Shown here: positions 27,340-32,000 of the stretch, piece by piece | Position numbering within the stretch: position 1 is the stretch's first letter | Layout of the letters: each line of letters begins with the position of its first letter | Assembly: GCF_051307035.1 (NCBI RefSeq) | Contig: NZ_CP195536.1 | Span: 870,001-902,000 of the forward strand | Source of the DNA: Psychrobacter sp. DM4 | GTDB lineage: Bacteria > Pseudomonadota > Gammaproteobacteria > Pseudomonadales > Moraxellaceae | Length of the DNA stretch: 32,000 bases | Direction of reading: 5' to 3' | Notes under the pieces: model-generated | Seen by the model: the letters and a program-made list of their open reading frames with translations, nothing else | What the model was told of the DNA's origin: nothing | Database searches by the model: none | Translations under genes and position numbers: made by a program

Positions 27340-27825
27340 ATGAAAAGTATTTATGACTTTAACGCCGAGCGCATGGACGGCACCTCACAAGCCTTTGCTG
27401 ATTATGAAGGGCAAGTTCTCTTGGTCGTCAATACGGCCAGCAAGTGCGGATTTACACCGCAGTTTGAGGGTCTAGAGACACTCAATAACGAGTACCAAGC
27501 GCAAGGATTAACGGTTATTGGGTTTCCGTGTAATCAGTTTGGTAGTCAAGATCCTGGCAGCAATGACGAGATTGGTGCTTTTTGCCAAAAAAACTACGGC
27601 GTCAGCTTTCCTATGATGGCAAAGACGGATGTCAATGGAAAAGACGCTCATCCTATCTACAATTGGTTAAAAGATCAAAAAGGTGGGGTATTGACTGACG
27701 GCATCAAATGGAACTTTACCAAGTTTTTGATTGGGCGAGATGGACAAGTAATCGATCGCTACGCACCCACGACCAAACCTGACGCTATCAAAGCGGATAT
27801 TGAAAAGGCACTGGGTAATAAGTAA
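27340..27825 (+). CDS. Glutathione peroxidase family protein (Cys-type)
   Basis: 161 aa. Gpx signatures are VNTASKCGFTPQ, GFPCNQFGSQ(D)PG and KWNFTKFLI. Confidence 0.9.
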   Translation: MKSIYDFNAERMDGTSQAFADYEGQVLLVVNTASKCGFTPQFEGLETLNNEYQAQGLTVIGFPCNQFGSQDPGSNDEIGAFCQKNYGVSFPMMAKTDVNGKDAHPIYNWLKDQKGGVLTDGIKWNFTKFLIGRDGQVIDRYAPTTKPDAIKADIEKALGNK

Positions 27826-27909
27826 GTATATTGTATAAATGATAACATCAATAAAAACAGTAGTTTGCTACCTGACAAAAAATACTTTGCTCAAAGTGGC
27901 GAATAATAT

Positions 27910-27937
27910 TTGACAGACCTCGTTAAGTCTATATAAT
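27910..27937 (+). promoter_or_regulatory. Near-consensus sigma-70 promoter upstream of the tRNA pair
   Basis: TTGACA (27910-27915), 16-bp spacer, TATAAT (27932-27937). It is the only strong promoter-like element I see between gpx and tRNA-Val, and it implies a ~230-nt leader. Confidence 0.55.
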
Positions 27938-28176
27938 ACACACCCACAGCAAGGGGCTTTGATTGGTTCTAAGTTGTGGGAAGTTATTCAAAGGGTGACA
28001 ACTTTGGATGTTAAGACTTTCGGGGGTTTTATACCTAGTTTGGAAGTAGAGTTTCTAGAAAATCCTATTTAAAGGATTTCAGTAACACCTAGTTTGGATG
28101 CATGGCTTTTAGAATTTACGACAATGTAAATTCTCTTGCGCTCGGACGAAGCAGTGCTTCGTTGTATCCTCGCTCA

Positions 28177-28252
28177 GGGTGATTAGCTCAGTTGGTAGAG
28201 CGTCTGCCTTACACGCAGAATGTCGGCGGTTCGAGCCCGTCATCACCCACCA
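28177..28252 (+). tRNA. tRNA-Val (anticodon TAC)
   Basis: GGGTGATTAGCTCAGTTGGTAGAGCGTCTGCCTTACACGCAGAATGTCGGCGGTTCGAGCCCGTCATCACCCACCA. Acceptor GGGTGAT/ATCACCC, anticodon loop CTTACAC, encoded CCA. Very similar to E. coli tRNA-Val(UAC). Confidence 0.96.
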
Positions 28253-28288
28253 CTTAATAGCTTGTGGTAAAAAAGCTAGATGACCTTA

Positions 28289-28365
28289 GCAGCGGTAGTT
28301 CAGTTGGTTAGAATGCCGGCCTGTCACGCCGGAGGTCGCGGGTTCGAGTCCCGTCCGCTGCGCCA
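28289..28365 (+). tRNA. tRNA-Asp (anticodon GTC)
   Basis: GCAGCGGTAGTTCAGTTGGTTAGAATGCCGGCCTGTCACGCCGGAGGTCGCGGGTTCGAGTCCCGTCCGCTGCGCCA. Acceptor GCAGCGG/CCGCTGC, anticodon loop CTGTCAC, encoded CCA. Confidence 0.96.
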
Positions 28366-28396
28366 TATTTAAAACTTAAGTCTTGCACAAGTTTCG

Positions 28397-28427
28397 CCTC
28401 AAACATTAGATTGTTTGAGGTTTTTTT
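28397..28427 (+). terminator. Rho-independent terminator after the tRNA pair
   Basis: CCTCAAACA-TTAGAT-TGTTTGAGG followed by TTTTTTT. Confidence 0.82.
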
Positions 28428-28613
28428 GTGGCTCGTAATTAGGCTAAAGTTTATATAGTCGATACTAAATAAAACGGATACATTGTTTAACAACGCGGAA
28501 CTAGTATAAATTTTTCTGGCTTACTGTGCCTACGCAGACAGAGGCTGCGAAAAATTCATCCCAGTCCCGTTATATCTTTCTTATATTGAACTAACTATAG
28601 AACAAATCATAGG

Positions 28614-28650
28614 CAAAAAAAGAGGCGCTAAGCATCAACCTAGCGCCTCT
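28614..28650 (-). terminator. Rho-independent terminator after amt
   Basis: On the minus strand: AGAGGCGCTA-GGTTGATGCT-TAGCGCCTCT followed by TTTTTTT. Confidence 0.82.
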
Positions 28651-28680
28651 CGTCACATCCTGCCCATACGCAAAGTCTGG

Positions 28681-29868
28681 CTAAAATCCATTTTTACTAT
28701 AAGTTGCTGATACCTTGTGAATGGACAAGTCAGCACCATCGAACTCTTCTTCTTCACTTAAGCGGATGCCTATAGTAACTTTTAAGATACCGTAGACCAG
28801 CAGGCCGCCAACAATAGCAAAGATCACACCCATCAGGCTTCCAATGAGCTGAGATAATAAGCTGACGCCGCCAAGACCACCAAGAGCTACACTCCCAAAA
28901 ATGCCAGCTGAAACACCGCCCCACACACCGCAAATACCATGTAGCGGCCACACGCCAAGGACATCATCAACTTTAAGCTTGTTCTGAGTAATCGTAAACA
29001 TATAGACAAATATCGCGCCTGAGACTGCACCTATCGCTAATGCCCCTAGAGGATGTACAATATCAGAGCCCGCACAAATCGCTACTAAACCTGCCAATGC
29101 ACCATTATGCATAAAGCCTGGATCGTTTTTACCAATGACGGTCGCAGACAAAGTGCCGCCTGCCATTGCCATAAGTGAATTGAGCGCTACTAAGCCTGAG
29201 ATGCCCTCAACGCGCTGCGCACTCATGACGTTAAAGCCAAACCAGCCGACGATGAGTATCCAAGAGCCAAGCGCTAAAAAGGGAATTGACGATGGCGGAT
29301 GCGCGTTGATTCGTCCATCTTTATAGCGGCCACGTCTGGCACCAAGTAATACCACAGCGGTCAGGGCAATCCAGCCGCCCATACCGTGTACTACGACCGA
29401 CCCTGCAAAGTCATGAAAAGGCGCGCCAAAGGTAGTCGCAAGCCAATCTTGGATACCAAAATTACCATTCCAAATAATACCTTCAAAGGTCGGGTAAATC
29501 AGAGCGACAATCACAAAGGTGGCAACGAACTGTGGCCATAGTTTAGCGCGTTCAGCGATACCTCCTGAGATGATCGCAGGAATAGCCGCCGCAAAAGTCA
29601 GTAAAAAGAAAAACTTGACCAGCTCGTATCCACTAGCGGCAACTAGCTCGCTGGCACTAGCAAAAAAACTAACGTCGTATGCAATGTAGTAACCGATAAA
29701 GAAGTATGCCATCGTCGAGATGGCAAAATCACCTAAGATTTTACTTAAAGCGTTGACTTGGTTTTTTTCGCGTACCGTACCGACTTCTAAAAAAGCAAAG
29801 CCTGCGTGCATCGCCAAAATCATGATAGCGCCAAGTAGGATAAACAATACATCGATTGGGGTAATCAT
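28681..29868 (-). CDS. amt: Ammonium transporter (Amt family)
   Basis: 395 aa, polytopic. Amt signatures are HAGFAFLEVG, DFAGSVVVHGMGGW, and HGICGVWGG with the twin-His pore context. Confidence 0.92.
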   Translation of the reverse strand: MITPIDVLFILLGAIMILAMHAGFAFLEVGTVREKNQVNALSKILGDFAISTMAYFFIGYYIAYDVSFFASASELVAASGYELVKFFFLLTFAAAIPAIISGGIAERAKLWPQFVATFVIVALIYPTFEGIIWNGNFGIQDWLATTFGAPFHDFAGSVVVHGMGGWIALTAVVLLGARRGRYKDGRINAHPPSSIPFLALGSWILIVGWFGFNVMSAQRVEGISGLVALNSLMAMAGGTLSATVIGKNDPGFMHNGALAGLVAICAGSDIVHPLGALAIGAVSGAIFVYMFTITQNKLKVDDVLGVWPLHGICGVWGGVSAGIFGSVALGGLGGVSLLSQLIGSLMGVIFAIVGGLLVYGILKVTIGIRLSEEEEFDGADLSIHKVSATYSKNGF

Positions 29869-30093
29869 GAAAAGCCCTTTGAATAATGAGTTTAAATACT
29901 AATGTGCTTACAACGTTCAGCTCAATAGTCCCAAGCGCTGACTCATCAGAGCTTGTTCTGCTATAACCGTATTGAACAAAGTAAGAAAAATACTGGGTCA
30001 TACTGCCTTAAAATACAAACTTTGACCATTAATTTTTGAGAACTCTTTTGGTTAATTTACGATCCTCGCTTACGAAGCGTTTGGGAATACCAC

Positions 30094-30118
30094 AAAAAAG
30101 GTAGGACTTAATCCTACC
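30094..30118 (-). terminator. Rho-independent terminator after the hydrolase gene
   Basis: On the minus strand: GGTAGGA-TTAAG-TCCTACC followed by TTTTTTGTGG. Confidence 0.75.
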
Positions 30119-30153
30119 CTCTAAGTATTCGCTTAAAAATAATCGCCCAACAA

Positions 30154-31200
30154 TTATTTTGTAAAATTGTCTTTTAGAAAATTTGCAGCTTCAGTGATTG
30201 CGGTCGTGGTGGCAGGTGTCTGCGCTAAAGGGTTAAGCATCACAAAATCATGGGTTGTAAAATCATAACGTGTACTTTGTGTTTTTACGCCAGCGAGAGT
30301 CAATTTAGAGGCAAAAGCTTCGCCTTCATCACGCAATACATCGTTGGCATCAGTAATGACCAGTGCTGGTGGTAGATTGCTGAGTGCAGCTTTATTGTAG
30401 TTCAATGGTGAAACTCTGGGGTTTGTACTATCAACGCCTTTGGGCAAGTAAGCATTCCAAAACCATTGCATACTTGCTTTGCTAAGCCAAGGACCATCTT
30501 TAAACAACTCATATGATTCGCTCGTTAAATTTGCTGTAGTAACGGGGTAGAACATAACCATTGAGTCAAGTGGTAAACCTTCAGCCTTTGCACGCACGGC
30601 ACTGACTGCGACCATTTGACCGCCAACTGAATCACCTGCTATCGCTAACTGGTTGCTGTCGATACCGAACTGAGCTGCGTTCTCTGACACATATTTAAGT
30701 ACGGCATAAGCCTGATTGAGCTGTACAGGATGCTGCCTCTCAGGTGCTGGGCTGTATTCGACAAAGACCATTGCTACATTTGCTTGGGTTGCTAGATCAC
30801 GCATGAGCCTTTCATGAGTAGTAAAATTACCCAGTACCCAACCGCCGCCGTGGAAATAGACCACACCTGGTAGCATCTCGCCCGTCATTCCTTTTGGACG
30901 CACAGTGTAGACTTTAAATTCATCACCAGAGCCAACTTGAAAAGTCACCTGTTCGACGTCAGCCGCTGGCATAGGGGTAGTCCCTTTTGTCTGAGTATCA
31001 ATCAATACTTGACGAGCCTTCTCATAAGGTAGCTGATTAATAGGAGTAGAACCTTTTAAACTATCGATAAACTGTTGCGTTGTTTTCTCTAGAACAACAA
31101 CGGGGATGTCTGTATTAGGTACAGAGATATCGTGTGCAAAACTTAATGCTGGCACAGCAAGAATAGGCATACTGAACGCTAGTGCGTGAAAGATTTTCAT
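30154..31200 (-). CDS. Secreted alpha/beta hydrolase, hormone-sensitive-lipase-like esterase (Abhydrolase_3)
   Basis: Signal peptide MKIFHALAFSMPILAVPALSFA. Oxyanion motif HGGGW, nucleophile elbow GDSVGG, and later DVLRDEG and HDF for the Asp/His of the triad. The start at 31200 has an AAAGGA SD 6 nt upstream; the track's TTG at 31218 is rejected. Confidence 0.82.
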   Translation of the reverse strand: MKIFHALAFSMPILAVPALSFAHDISVPNTDIPVVVLEKTTQQFIDSLKGSTPINQLPYEKARQVLIDTQTKGTTPMPAADVEQVTFQVGSGDEFKVYTVRPKGMTGEMLPGVVYFHGGGWVLGNFTTHERLMRDLATQANVAMVFVEYSPAPERQHPVQLNQAYAVLKYVSENAAQFGIDSNQLAIAGDSVGGQMVAVSAVRAKAEGLPLDSMVMFYPVTTANLTSESYELFKDGPWLSKASMQWFWNAYLPKGVDSTNPRVSPLNYNKAALSNLPPALVITDANDVLRDEGEAFASKLTLAGVKTQSTRYDFTTHDFVMLNPLAQTPATTTAITEAANFLKDNFTK

Positions 31201-31534
31201 ATAGATTCCTTTACTCAATGAGTAATATATAATGTTTGAGTGTTAATGGGTTGTTAGAGATGTTGCTGAAACTTCAAAATAATAAAGCAGACGTACGAAA
31301 ACGTGCAACGACTATTATAGTTAAAGAAATGCTCTACAAGCATGAATTTTAACGATTTTTACTTTACCATACCCTTACAGAATTGTTTCTTACAAAATTG
31401 TAATAAATACAGGTTCAAATTAATCTCGCGCTCGACGGTTCTTAAAAGATATCGCTCAATCGCATTTATCGTCTTTTACGATAAAAAGGTTAAAACATGG
31501 AACACAATAATATACTTAGACAATCTCTAGGCTA

Positions 31535-31566
31535 TTTTCTAACCCTATCATTTTCTAACCCTATCA
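31535..31566. repeat. Perfect 16-bp tandem duplication TTTTCTAACCCTATCA x2
   Basis: Copies at 31535-31550 and 31551-31566 are identical, in a noncoding AT-rich region. Confidence 0.9.
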
Positions 31567-31799
31567 ATTGTGCTGATTCGCTTAAGTGAGACACTTGGTG
31601 GCCCTAAAATCTCTATGAAAAGAGATGATAATACGGGACTCGCTCTAGACGTTAACAAAACTCGTAAACTTGAATACATCATGGGTGATGCCCTAAAACA
31701 GGACCCTGATACCATTACTGATGAGCTTTTAAGATGATATTTGATATTTTCGGTTGCTCTTGCTGGGCTATATAGATTCTAAAATATTCATCAAATGGC

Positions 31800-31835
31800 A
31801 AAAAGCCCGCTGATACTATATCGGCGGGCTTTTTG
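31800..31835. terminator. Bidirectional rho-independent terminator
   Basis: AAAAAGCCCGCTGATA-CTA-TATCGGCGGGCTTTTT. The 11-bp stem has one G-U pair, with A and T tracts on both sides. Confidence 0.75.
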
Positions 31836-31904
31836 CTATATGCGTTACGAGCGAACAATAGTGTATGCTATAAAATACTCATTTTTACTCTATAAAGGTA
31901 TCTA

Positions 31905-32000
31905 TTATAAAGCGTGTAGCCCAAATACAGCCATTGTCCCGCCCGCATCATCTAGGTCCCAGCGTATCTCGTCATGCCAAAAAGTGCCTCGATACACCGC
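31905..32000 (-). CDS. 3' end of an unidentified minus-strand gene running off the window
   Basis: The reverse frame is open from the window edge: ...AVYRGTFWHDEIRWDLDDAGGTMAVFGLHAL, with stop TAA at 31905-31907. The bidirectional terminator lies 70 bp downstream. Composition is more GC-rich than the surrounding spacer. It is too short to identify. Confidence 0.3.
   Translation of the reverse strand, partial: AVYRGTFWHDEIRWDLDDAGGTMAVFGLHAL

Noticed and set aside
28308-28493. 61-aa minus-strand ORF
   Set aside because: It overlaps tRNA-Asp and its terminator, and the translation is simply the reverse of the tRNA sequence.
28177-28680. tRNA-Val/tRNA-Asp as an integration hotspot with a genomic island downstream
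   Set aside because: There is no integrase, no direct repeat of the tRNA 3' end and no compositional break visible. A terminator follows the tRNAs, then the convergent amt gene.
29869-30153. Sigma-54 (TGGCAC-N5-TTGCA) promoter upstream of amt
   Set aside because: On the amt strand I saw no reverse-complement TGCAA-N5-GTGCCA pattern. The nearest look-alike is TGGGTCATACTGCC on the plus strand at ~29994-30007. It has GG-N8-GC spacing instead of GG-N10-GC and lies on the wrong strand.
31342-31530. 62-aa ORF in the AT-rich spacer upstream of the hydrolase gene
   Set aside because: The composition is Phe/Asn/Ile/Lys/Tyr-rich, as expected from random AT-rich DNA. It has no SD and no recognisable motif.
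7240-31566. Possibility that the short direct repeats represent CRISPR arrays
   Set aside because: The repeats are head-to-tail with no spacers, mostly just two copies, with unrelated unit sequences and no cas genes. They are simple tandem duplications.
31615-31737. 40-codon ORF ([40 protein letters not shown]) upstream of the 31800 terminator
   Set aside because: It has no SD and is too short to assign. It might be a gene remnant or a genuine small protein, but the sequence alone gives no support.
1-32000. Search for a defence, toxin-antitoxin, secretion or mobile-element system
   Set aside because: Every ORF over 100 aa is accounted for by a housekeeping or regulatory family, except the two 236-aa paralogs and the small lipoprotein. 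No nuclease, helicase, methylase, transposase, integrase or phage-like signatures were seen.

Overview
The window reads as ordinary core chromosome of a moderately AT-rich gammaproteobacterium. Protein similarities, frequent low-complexity inserts and gene order suggest Moraxellaceae, possibly Psychrobacter, but that is inference only. I support about 27 protein genes. They cover glycolysis (gpmI, pgk, class II fba), recombination (ruvA, ruvB) and a ubiE-ubiJ-ubiB ubiquinone operon. Regulators are gacA/uvrY followed by pilS-pilR. Envelope enzymes are an S41 C-terminal protease and a PBP7/8-type endopeptidase. A phosphate pair combines a two-domain PPK2 with a PiT transporter. Also present are msrB, a glutathione peroxidase, an ammonium transporter and a secreted esterase-like hydrolase. 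A tRNA-Val(TAC)/tRNA-Asp(GTC) pair and many clean rho-independent terminators are visible. I found no transposase, integrase, CRISPR array, toxin-antitoxin pair or recognisable defence system, and I cannot honestly point to a new multi-gene system. Five things seem most worth a second look. (1) An XRE-type HTH is fused in frame to a complete AlaA-like aminotransferase, and the ancestral AlaA start Met is retained internally. (2) Two near-identical TGCAAG-N5-CTTGCA palindromes sit in that gene's promoter region. (3) Two diverged 236-aa paralogs of unknown function lie in tandem between ubiE and ppk2. (4) A strongly acidic lipoprotein with no Lys, Arg or His in its mature part lies between pgk and fba. 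(5) Exact 14-26 bp tandem duplications recur in intergenic regions, and low-complexity extensions recur in otherwise conserved housekeeping proteins. All similarity statements come from reading the translations against remembered family sequences and motifs. No database search was run.
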